DNA of 64,000 nucleotides, from assembly GCA_000004985.1 (NCBI GenBank), contig GG738857.1; one strand, 5' to 3'. This DNA is from Naegleria gruberi. Its lineage: Eukaryota. The notes beneath the pieces are model-generated. The model did no database searches and was not told where the DNA came from. It saw only the letters and a list, made by a program, of their open reading frames with translations. Numbering within the stretch: position 1 is the first letter of the stretch; each line of letters begins with the position of its first letter. Of the stretch, positions 55,361-64,000 are shown in pieces. Made by a program: the position numbers and the translations under genes.

Positions 55361-56884
55361 ATGAGTGAGAATAATACACCAAACTTTGACGCATTCTCTC
55401 CAATTGTATTTCCAATGGATCTGCCAACGGCAGGTGGTAGTAATCAAACATCATCATCAGCAGTCGGTGGTGGATCATCATCATTGGGTTTGAATACATC
55501 GAGCAATTTTCTAACACCTTCAGTCTTTGAAACGAATGTAAGAGTTGGCGTTAATCAAACTTCAAGTATTAAACCGATTAGAGCTGTGGGTCTTGATGCT
55601 TTTAATAATGATACTTCATCGGTGCCAATTTCTAATGAAGAATCACCACAAATATTTACACCAGGCATCACAGCTGAACTTTTAAATACACAAACACCAA
55701 GGATTCAACTTTTACCTCCAACTCCAACACCAAACGAAACTCCATTCGCAACCAAGATTGACAATCTTTATCCACAGCAGGTTGATCCATTGAGCAACTT
55801 TGATTTTGGACAAAAGAATCATAGACCTGTAGGTGCTGCAAATATTGTGACACAATATCCTGCCAATACTTTTAATATGCATGTCATGAAGGGTTTCTTT
55901 ATTGATCCAAGTCAAGTTGCCGCAGTTCCACAAGGTATGCCACAAATTCCAGGTCCCAGTAGTGATTCGCCATCGTCACCAACTGGTGAATGTCTTCCAA
56001 CTGGTACTTTACTTTCTGTTATTAGAGGATTTAGTATTGATGATGGAGTTCCAGAAGAACCTGGTGGCAGAGACAATAAGAAACCACTCACTTCACACAC
56101 TGTTCAAGTTAGAATTGCTGACCTAGTTGCCGAACATCCATTAGGTCCAAATCAAACCTACGTAATCAAATGTGTATTATTAGGTTATAAACGATATGAA
56201 AAGGAAGAATTATCAACATTAGAATCAATACCAATTGAAAATATTGATAACCCTGCAGAGTATGAAGAATTTGTCTTTAACAATCTGATTGTTAAACAAA
56301 CAAGTCACAGCAATGGTCAAAAGTTATTCTTGAGATTTAAACTTGAAATTAATTCTGATAGTGGAGAACAAGTATTGGAAGCTTTAGATACTACACACTT
56401 TAAAACAGTCACAAAGAGAGCTGTCATTAAAAGAGGTGTAACTAGGAAATTGAGCGAGCAAAAGAAGACAGCAACTGTATTGACAGGAGCAGAACCAAAA
56501 TACAGTGTCACTTCTGGTGGTCAATTGATAAAACTGGTAACAAATAACATGCCAGAAAAGGTCAGAGTTCAAACAATTGTAGTTAAATTTGGAGAAAAGA
56601 AAGCCAGAAGAGTTCACTCAGCTAGGGATAATGTAATTATTTGTGAAACACCTGAATATCCAAAATCTGACAATGTACCAATTTCTGTTTCATTAGATAG
56701 TGGAGCAACATTTTTCCATTCGTCTGGTGTTAAAATGTCGTTTATTGACCCAACTGATGGATTACCAGATATCACTCCTCACAGTCAAACATTTGTTGTG
56801 AACTTTGCTCAGGCTGCCAGTGACCTTAAACATGACAGAGATGAAGATACCGAACCAAATAATAAGAAAAAGTCTAAGAAATAA
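55361..56884 (+). CDS. hypothetical protein; S/T-rich N-terminus and a C-terminal beta-sandwich (IPT/TIG-like) candidate
   Basis: 507-aa ORF; YSVTSGGQLIKLVTNNMPEKVRVQTIVVKFGEKKARRVHSARDNVIICETPEY resembles an IPT/TIG fold. Confidence 0.5.
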   Translation: MSENNTPNFDAFSPIVFPMDLPTAGGSNQTSSSAVGGGSSSLGLNTSSNFLTPSVFETNVRVGVNQTSSIKPIRAVGLDAFNNDTSSVPISNEESPQIFTPGITAELLNTQTPRIQLLPPTPTPNETPFATKIDNLYPQQVDPLSNFDFGQKNHRPVGAANIVTQYPANTFNMHVMKGFFIDPSQVAAVPQGMPQIPGPSSDSPSSPTGECLPTGTLLSVIRGFSIDDGVPEEPGGRDNKKPLTSHTVQVRIADLVAEHPLGPNQTYVIKCVLLGYKRYEKEELSTLESIPIENIDNPAEYEEFVFNNLIVKQTSHSNGQKLFLRFKLEINSDSGEQVLEALDTTHFKTVTKRAVIKRGVTRKLSEQKKTATVLTGAEPKYSVTSGGQLIKLVTNNMPEKVRVQTIVVKFGEKKARRVHSARDNVIICETPEYPKSDNVPISVSLDSGATFFHSSGVKMSFIDPTDGLPDITPHSQTFVVNFAQAASDLKHDRDEDTEPNNKKKSKK

Positions 56885-56892
56885 ATGTAAAT

Positions 56893-58899
56893 TTAAACAA
56901 GATTTAAATTCTTCATATCATCGTCATATTTCTTCAATTCTCTAACCATGTCAATAAAGTTAGAGCTCAGAATAAATCTTGACCATGTATCTTGAACACA
57001 ATTTAAACAGGTTATTTCTACATTATCAAGGATGGTATTTAAAAGGTCAGTGTTGCTGGATTGCCATGATGAATCCCCTTTCTCTGTCATTTCTTGATCT
57101 CCACTTTTGTTGAGATGGGTTTCCACGAGTTGATTGAGTTGCTTAAGAGATCTATCAAACTCCTTCTTTACATTGGATGAAAGATTGAGCTCGAATGGTG
57201 CACCATTGACAATAAAGCTCTCGTTGAGTTTGTGTAATATTTGTGTTTTCTTTCTGATATCCTCAAAGGTATGAGTTGGAAGATTGTTGAAAACCTTATT
57301 GGAAAAGTACAAGAATAAAAAGTTCTCTGCTGAAAACTCCAATTCGCACCATTCTTTGAAATATTTCTGACAAACCTCCTCATTAAACATGACAAAGAGA
57401 ATGACACGAGTATCAACAATTCTTTCATCTTGCTCTTCTGCATTTTCCTTTGTAAGAAATCCAGCTTCAGTGTAGAGAATCTTTCTAATTCTATCATTTT
57501 CCATATCGGAGGATAAATCTCTGAACAAGTTGCTACTACCACTTCTATCAGCAGAATTATTCTTATTCTTGATTCCAATTTTCTTGCCGTCAGAGTTTTG
57601 CCATAAGAAACTTCTAATCAAAGGTATCCATACACTGATGATACTTGTAATGAAGAGAGGAATATTAACCATCCATGCAGCTGCAAAGTAATATTCAGGT
57701 TCTGCTTGGTATTGTGGAATGACACTCATTAAAATAAAGCCAATTAAGAAAATGGCCCAAATTACCACAACAGATACCAACTCTGCCTTGATGCCAAAGG
57801 ATTCCTTGGCATATCTCATTACCTTGTAGAAGAAGAATAGAATGAAAATACCATAGAATAGAATGAGAGAAATTGAACCTGCATATACAGGAATAGTAGC
57901 AGCACAACCCACATTCCAAGTTTCTTGACCTGTCAATCTATTCAAAAACACTCCACAATAAGCCAAAAAGATAATACTGTTCAAGAGGAAAGTGAATAAG
58001 AAAATTTTAGCAGTAAAGTCCTCTCTAGCCAATTTTCTCAATTGCTTCAATCTCTTTTGTCTCTTTTCTGACCATTTCTTACTCTTGGCTGTATTGTCAA
58101 CATTTCCACCTAAATGCAAAGCACTTTTCACTCTCTCCTTAAAACTCTTCGATGTAGAACTATCTCTTTTAAGGTGTGGAATGTTTTGTGAATTTTTTCT
58201 ATCCAGGGCAAGGTCGAATGAACCTGTTGTGGAGACAGTTGCTGGTGAAGCATCTGTTGTTATCTGTGAAAGTGAAGAATTTGCAGTCAACAAATGTATT
58301 TGAGAAGATGATTTGTCAAGCTTCTTTTCCGTTGTTGATGATGTTTCCAAAAGATCAACGCCCATGGAAACTAAATGACTCTTAAAACTATCACCCTGTA
58401 ATCTGTTCATTTCAGAAATATAGTACAATCTGATGCACAAGACAAGGTATGGAATGGCTATCAGTGGAAAGCCATAAAATTGAAAACTCAAATAGAATAT
58501 ACAAGGGAAGGCCTCTCTTTTCACAGCCAACCTCAGAGAAAGTATCGTAAAGGAAAAATAATGTGCAATAATTAATATAAATACAAATAGTGAGGATCTC
58601 GCCTTGACAGGTTGTTTGTTTCTTCTAAAGAAGAATGTTATGAGTGTTACGATTGTATATATTGTGAATGCTCCCCAAATTGCATATGATGTGTACCAAA
58701 CGTATGGTGGATCATCTCGTGTAATCTGTTGATTAAATTGGTCCTGTTGAATATCATAGATTTTTCCAATTTCTTCCAAATTATTCGAAAGTTGAAAATG
58801 ACTCGCCGATGCTGATGATGATGTACACGTGAACATATTCATTATCCTATTCACTATCGATTGTGAAAGGAAATCCATCGTGGTTAATAAATATCTCAT
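56893..58899 (-). CDS. seven-transmembrane protein with C-terminal RGS domain (7TM-RGS)
   Basis: Seven hydrophobic helices (TM1-3, ~140-aa basic/Ser-rich loop, TM4-7), then FKEWCELEFSAENFLFLYFSNKVF...LHKLNESFIVNGAPFELNLSSNVKKEF (RGS box). Confidence 0.7.
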   Translation of the reverse strand: MRYLLTTMDFLSQSIVNRIMNMFTCTSSSASASHFQLSNNLEEIGKIYDIQQDQFNQQITRDDPPYVWYTSYAIWGAFTIYTIVTLITFFFRRNKQPVKARSSLFVFILIIAHYFSFTILSLRLAVKREAFPCIFYLSFQFYGFPLIAIPYLVLCIRLYYISEMNRLQGDSFKSHLVSMGVDLLETSSTTEKKLDKSSSQIHLLTANSSLSQITTDASPATVSTTGSFDLALDRKNSQNIPHLKRDSSTSKSFKERVKSALHLGGNVDNTAKSKKWSEKRQKRLKQLRKLAREDFTAKIFLFTFLLNSIIFLAYCGVFLNRLTGQETWNVGCAATIPVYAGSISLILFYGIFILFFFYKVMRYAKESFGIKAELVSVVVIWAIFLIGFILMSVIPQYQAEPEYYFAAAWMVNIPLFITSIISVWIPLIRSFLWQNSDGKKIGIKNKNNSADRSGSSNLFRDLSSDMENDRIRKILYTEAGFLTKENAEEQDERIVDTRVILFVMFNEEVCQKYFKEWCELEFSAENFLFLYFSNKVFNNLPTHTFEDIRKKTQILHKLNESFIVNGAPFELNLSSNVKKEFDRSLKQLNQLVETHLNKSGDQEMTEKGDSSWQSSNTDLLNTILDNVEITCLNCVQDTWSRFILSSNFIDMVRELKKYDDDMKNLNLV

Positions 58900-59150
58900 C
58901 TCCTACTATTATACGAAGTGATTTAAATCTATTTTGTTATTATATATATTATTCTACAGTTTGTTCGCTTCTCGAAAAGAAAGTTAGAGGTCAATCAAAA
59001 GGCTCTTTGCAAAAATTCCAACCTCCTCTAGCTATGGTTATAGACTCTTCGCGAAGGTTGTTGTGGGTTTTTTTTCTTGATCTTCTCTTGTTGAAAGATG
59101 AAGATGATAATCAAAGGCCTGGAATGCTGTGCAGCTTTGAATGGATGTTG

Positions 59151-59163
59151 TTTGGCGCGCAAA
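59151..59163. promoter_or_regulatory. near-palindromic E2F-type site TTTGGCGCGCAAA in the divergent promoter between the 7TM-RGS gene and the DUF4116 gene
   Basis: Motif match only. Confidence 0.35.
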
Positions 59164-59640
59164 TTTATGAATAAAAAAAAAGTTGTTTTTTATTATCCGT
59201 TAAAGGAAGCAGAGGCTGCTTTGTTTATATTGTATATTGCAAGGTTGAAGCCGACCGGTTAATTGGACCAATCATTTCATGCATTTTGTGTATTAGATTC
59301 CAATGAATTGAGGATTTTTGAATCAATTGTTGTAAACAGAAAGTAGTGGTTGAATATCGTTGTGTGTTCGGAAAGGAAAGAACAGAGTTGTTTTGATAGA
59401 AGAACTTTACGGAACGAAAATTGAAATTAAATTGAAAGAGATTTTTAAGAAGGTTTCAGGAGTTTGGAGAAGGAGTTTCCAGTAAGAAAGGTGTTGGAAA
59501 TTGAAGCTATTTGACGATTACCTAATTGAATATGATCTCTACAGTGCTTTTACAAAATTCTTATTATTTTTAATAATAATCTAATTCTAAATTATTAATT
59601 AATTATTGAATAATTTAACAAATTTTAAAAAAAAAGAAAA

Positions 59641-61146
59641 ATGATGGGAAATGTGATTTTGGAGTTGGATAGAAATATTTCATCGGAATTTCTAAAGGAT
59701 CAATTTTCAAGGACTTGCAAATTGAATTATTTAAAAACTATAATATTTCAACTTGTTGTGATTAGAGATAAGAAGTGCCTCCCTCTTGTTCAATTATTTA
59801 GTCATGATCGAGGATTTATTGAAAAGATGGTCGAATATCAGGCATTTGCTCTTGGCTATGCTTCAAAAGAAATTAAAAAAGACAAATCGATAGCAGTTAA
59901 GGCATTGAAAACAAGTGGACACTCAATATCTTGTGTCGATGAGTCGTTATATTCCGATCGAGAAATAGCTCTTATTGCACTATCAAGTCATTCCTATGCC
60001 ATTCGTTTCTTTATGGAACACTTTTCTAATGATAAGGAGATAATCATGAATGCAGTTTCGAAATGTGGTAACTTAATTCATTATGCTACATATTGTGATT
60101 TGGATATTATATTGGCTGCTGTGACAACGTACGAGCTTGCATTTGAGCTTGCCGACCCAAAATATTATTTTGATAGAGAAATAATGATGGTAGCGGTTAC
60201 AAGGAATGGAATAACTCTTAGATATGCAAGTGAAACATTACGAGAGGATAGAGAAATAGTTCTGAAAGCTGTGAAAAATGCTGGAGATGCTTTGAGATAT
60301 GCCTTAGTACAAGATAGAGAAATTGCCTTAGAGGCAGTAAAATCTTCTGGTACAGCGCTTCAGTTTGTTGACAAGAATTTCCTTAGCGACTCAGAAATAG
60401 TCATGATAGCTCTTCATTCAAATGGTTCTTCTTTACAGTATCTACCTAAAGAAATGAGAGAAATAAGGGAATATGTTGAAGCTGCAATTTCTGAAAATCC
60501 TCTGTCAATTCAATATGCTAGTGAGGTGTATAAATCAGATAGAGAGCTAGTTAAAAAGGCTATATCCGAAAAGGGAAATATTTTAGGATATGTTGACAAG
60601 AAATTTCTGAAAGATGAGCAAATTGTTTTTTTGGCTGCTTTAAACAATCCTATAACCTTCAAATACGCAGATGAAAGTTTACGGTCTAATCTGAATTTCA
60701 TATTGGACATTATAAGGACTTCAAAGAAAACAAATGTATTAATGAGCTATTTGCCGGCCCCTGGTAGCATTAACATTTATAATGATAGAGAGTTCTATTC
60801 AAAGATTCCTATCGATACACATTTTATTAAGGAGAAAATTAGACTTTGTGGATTCAAGGCTACATTTGAAGAGTTTAGTTACAGTAAGGAAATAATTACA
60901 GAGATGGTCAAAGATTACATGACACTTGCTTTTATTAATGAAGGACTTCAACAAGATAGAGAAATGCTTCGAACTGCTCTTAATCTTAATGGTGAGCTGA
61001 TTAGTGAAATGCCTTTCATTATTGACAACTTGGATATTGAACTGATTCAAGTATCATTAATTTCCCTTCTTTCTGGCAGCGATGATAAAGAAAAGGAAAT
61101 TATCCATCAAACTCTACAATTAATCCAACATTCACAACAACTTTAA
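59641..61146 (+). CDS. DUF4116 repeat protein
   Basis: At least 8 tandem ~33-aa repeats of the DREI(A/V)L.AVK..G.AL.YA...L..D type. Confidence 0.65.
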   Translation: MMGNVILELDRNISSEFLKDQFSRTCKLNYLKTIIFQLVVIRDKKCLPLVQLFSHDRGFIEKMVEYQAFALGYASKEIKKDKSIAVKALKTSGHSISCVDESLYSDREIALIALSSHSYAIRFFMEHFSNDKEIIMNAVSKCGNLIHYATYCDLDIILAAVTTYELAFELADPKYYFDREIMMVAVTRNGITLRYASETLREDREIVLKAVKNAGDALRYALVQDREIALEAVKSSGTALQFVDKNFLSDSEIVMIALHSNGSSLQYLPKEMREIREYVEAAISENPLSIQYASEVYKSDRELVKKAISEKGNILGYVDKKFLKDEQIVFLAALNNPITFKYADESLRSNLNFILDIIRTSKKTNVLMSYLPAPGSINIYNDREFYSKIPIDTHFIKEKIRLCGFKATFEEFSYSKEIITEMVKDYMTLAFINEGLQQDREMLRTALNLNGELISEMPFIIDNLDIELIQVSLISLLSGSDDKEKEIIHQTLQLIQHSQQL

Positions 61147-61202
61147 AAGGATACTCATTGTAATGGATAATAATCAACTATTATCAAAATATCAAAAAAA
61201 AA

Positions 61203-62006
61203 ATGAGCGCACAACCTTCACAAATTCTCTACAAGGATCTTTTATCAGGAGATGTGCTCGTTACCAATTATTATAAAATTGAAAAGGTATATCATGGATG
61301 TATCTATCAAGTAAAATCACATTTCATGATCCGAGAACCATCAGCCTTTGATGTATCATCACATTCCGAAGCATTAAAATCATCAGGATCATCAACTCCT
61401 TCATCTCCTTCACCTTCTTCCACCTTCTCTGATATTAAAAAATCTATTCGTTATTCTATTGTGGAAAAATTTGGATATCATGAATGCGCATTGAAAAAGA
61501 AGGAATTTCTCATGATTATGAATACCTACACAAGTACACTCAAATCAATTATTGAAGATACAGGAGATGAGGAGAAACAAAAAGCATTTCTAATGGGAAC
61601 AACACTTTTTATTCAAAGTGTACTGTCAAATTTCAATAATTATAGATTCTTTATTGGACCATCCAATCAAATGAATAAGGGAATGGTCATTGTACAAAAT
61701 TGTGCCAATGATTTACTGACACCAGAATTCTACTACTTTGTTGATGGCTTGAAAGAAGAAGTGTTCCACACCAAACCACATCAAACAAACACCACAACAA
61801 CCAACACAATTAGCCATAGTACTGTATCCTCTCAGAATCCAAACAATCCTCATCCCTATGCAACTCCATCCCCAACAGATTCCATTGACATTACTGGTTT
61901 AAAATCGCCCAATTTTGATGAACTCACCAATACAAGCGATAGCTTTGTTGGAAGTGCATCTAGTACTGGATCCATTCCAATCATTGATCACCATGAGAAT
62001 ATGTAA
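61203..62006 (+). CDS. TCTP (translationally controlled tumour protein) family protein with a Ser-rich insertion and T/N-rich C-terminal extension
   Basis: ILYKDLLSGDVLVTNYYKIEKV matches the TCTP N-terminus. FNNYRFFIGPSNQMNKGMVIVQNCANDLLTPEFYYFVDGL matches TCTP signature 2 and the C-terminus. Confidence 0.7.
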   Translation: MSAQPSQILYKDLLSGDVLVTNYYKIEKVYHGCIYQVKSHFMIREPSAFDVSSHSEALKSSGSSTPSSPSPSSTFSDIKKSIRYSIVEKFGYHECALKKKEFLMIMNTYTSTLKSIIEDTGDEEKQKAFLMGTTLFIQSVLSNFNNYRFFIGPSNQMNKGMVIVQNCANDLLTPEFYYFVDGLKEEVFHTKPHQTNTTTTNTISHSTVSSQNPNNPHPYATPSPTDSIDITGLKSPNFDELTNTSDSFVGSASSTGSIPIIDHHENM

Positions 62007-62248
62007 CCTATTGTAAAAACTCAAATTAACATGCACATGATGAACCATTTGAATATAAATTAAGGTTTTCCTTGCCATTTTCATCGAATATTCGAACCAT
62101 GTCTCCCCAACGTAACCACAAAACATTGTTGCACCAACATGAACAACTAGATCTTCCACATTGTGTGTTGTATTCCAAGCCTTCAACAACAACAAACATA
62201 AAAACTAACAACGTCCAAAATAAGTGAAATTGAAACCCCCTTTAAAAA

Positions 62249-64000
62249 ATGCACAAAAAAGAACATTCTTCATTCTTCACGGTGGTGCCGAGGAGAGAAG
62301 GCGAAAAACATGATAGTAATGATGATGATGGCTCATCAACGCCAAGCAGTATCATAACAAAGCCTTCATTGTTGACCACGGCTGATGAAGCAAGTAAAAC
62401 GGAATATATTAAATTACATAGTAGAAATTGGTTGGAAGAGAAAATGTTGAAGCTGTGCTCATCGAGAGGAGCTACAATGTTCATTGTTGTAATGGGCTAT
62501 GCATTGGCTTTAATGTATGGATATGCGTCGATGAGTTGGAATGAAAATTTGATTAATATTGGAATAATTTTAGGACAAATCGTGTTGAATCAGAATGTTT
62601 TCATGTTCTTGTTTAAAGTGGATCAATTCTTGAGGATTGAAAATGGAGATAGACTAAAGATGGGATGTTTATTGATCTTATTGACAATAAGGTTCTTTTT
62701 ATTTGAAAGAAATAAGATTCTCTTTGTGCCAACCATGTTAATGTATATATTTGGAGGAAATCTTGTTTATTTGGAATCAACATTCTATGGACTCTTACCA
62801 ACGTATTATTTGTGCTCGCTCTACGTTTTGACTGGATCTTGGCGTGGTTATTTTCATTATTTGGAACATGGATTGGATAAAGAGCTAGTTGATATTTTGA
62901 TTGAGTGTTTTGGGTTGGCTTCTTGTTTATGGATTGCAACATTTTATCTTGTAACAACTACAGGATACTTGACAATCAAAGTTTCAAAACTAGAAGAAAC
63001 TAGAGCAAAATTGGAGGATGCTTTGTCGATTAGAAATACTTTCATGAGCCATATTTCACACGAATTTAGGTAAGACTTTTCTTTTATTAAGTGCTTATTA
63101 ATATGTGAAATTATTGAAACAAGATGTCCAATTCAATCAAGTATGGGATGTCTTCAATTGCTGAAAGAGACTGAATTGACAAAGAAACAACAAGAACTTG
63201 TGGATACAGTCACATATTCCAATAGTGTATCACTACTTCTTATTGAGGATATTTTGCGCCTGGTTAAAATTGAACATGGAAGAGATGATAACCTTGAATG
63301 TCAACATATTTTTGATATCGGAAGAGCTGTAGGAGTGTTGGACAAAATGGTTTGTGGATATGCACACCAATTTGGAGTCAATTTGAAATTAACGTGTGAA
63401 TCGCTTAACAATCTAGTAGTTCGATCCAGTCAGTCTCAACTACTCCAGATATTGAGTAATTTATTAACAAACGGTATCAAGGTAAGTGTTCTAATGAATC
63501 AGAAATAGGCTCACTTAGTAAAGGCCTCAAATCCAGATAGTGCAGTAGAATTAGTAGCTAACATTGTTTCAAAAACAGATAATCTGGCAGTAGTTCAATT
63601 CAAAATTATTGATCATGGCAAGGGAATACCTGAAGCTTTGATACCGACCATATTTGAGCCATTTGTTCAATTAGGAAATGTTAATGAGTCCAAGGTTCCC
63701 TCTTCTGGACTAGGATTAACAACAGTTTCTCATCTAGTAAATTCAATGAAAGGAAAAATTGAAGTCAAATCAAAGACTAATATTGGAAGTGAATTTATTG
63801 TGGAATTGCCATTTGATTTGGCATCAACGGAAGCTCAGGAAGATATAGTTCAAGATCCTATTCTAGAACTACAGTTAGCAGTGCCTCAAGAGCAATTAAA
63901 AATAGGAAGTTCTTCAGTTAGCTTGGACGGTGAAATGGACACAACTAGCATTATTGTAGCAGAAGACAATTCAGTGAATAGAAAAGTTATCTTGAAGATG
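62249..64000 (+). CDS. hybrid sensor histidine kinase (N-terminal 6-TM domain, HisKA, HATPase, start of receiver); 3' end beyond window
   Basis: H-box SIRNTFMSHISHEFR|CPIQSSMGCL spans a 54-nt intron (63070..63123). N-box LSNLLTNGIK. After a second short intron (donor at 63482; acceptor ambiguous, 63508 or 63523) come G1/G2 boxes IDHGKGIPEA and SGLGLTTVSHLV, then receiver start IIVAEDNSVNRKVILKM. Confidence 0.8.

Noticed and set aside
55902-56126. Short ORFs on both strands inside the 55361..56884 gene
   Set aside because: They are overlapping alternative frames of a real CDS.
1-64000. Looked for CRISPR arrays, operon-like co-directional gene strings and prokaryotic defence systems
   Set aside because: The sequence is spliced eukaryotic nuclear DNA (introns, tRNA, homeobox, RCC1, RGS and similar). 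No direct-repeat/spacer arrays are present.

Overview
The window is eukaryotic nuclear DNA, not prokaryotic. It is AT-rich (about 35% GC) and gene-dense, with roughly 38 protein-coding genes on both strands. Intergenic spacers are short. Introns are very short (about 40-150 nt) with GTAAGT/GTATGT donors and YAG acceptors. The proteins are rich in poly-Q/N/S/T, with many RCC1, RasGEF, RGS, hybrid histidine-kinase and TALE-homeobox genes. This fits a dictyostelid social amoeba that is not D. discoideum, whose intergenic DNA is far more AT-rich; that species call is inference. There are no CRISPR arrays, operons or prokaryotic defence systems. There are two assembly gaps: N-runs at 21947-21996 and 35887-35986. 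Confidently recognised genes are: a phosphoglycerate-mutase-family histidine phosphatase, a mitochondrial carrier, an RCC1+BTB protein, diphthine-ammonia ligase (DPH6, 4 exons), a TMEM256/DUF423 protein, a TALE homeobox protein, an ankyrin protein, a RasGEF, quinolinate phosphoribosyltransferase, a metallophosphoesterase, a DAGK-catalytic-domain lipid kinase, histone acetyltransferase HAT1 (4 exons), two additional RCC1-repeat genes, two membrane RGS-domain proteins (one 7TM-RGS), a DUF4116 repeat protein, a TCTP-like protein, and the 5' part of a hybrid sensor histidine kinase. There is also one tRNA-Arg(UCU) and a fumarase (class II fumarate hydratase) C-terminal pseudogene fragment next to it. 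Many 'M' starts in the supplied ORF track are really TTG/GTG codons at exon starts, so the ORF track under-calls spliced genes. Exon coordinates below were derived by hand and may be off by 1-2 nt. The main second-look items are: a conserved E2F-type motif (TTTGGCGC / TTTGGCGGGAA) in several promoters, most strikingly a tandem pair directly upstream of HAT1; two neighbouring membrane-anchored RGS proteins; a secreted basic repeat-peptide precursor; the fumarase relic beside the tRNA; and a probable giant RasGEF gene split by an assembly gap.
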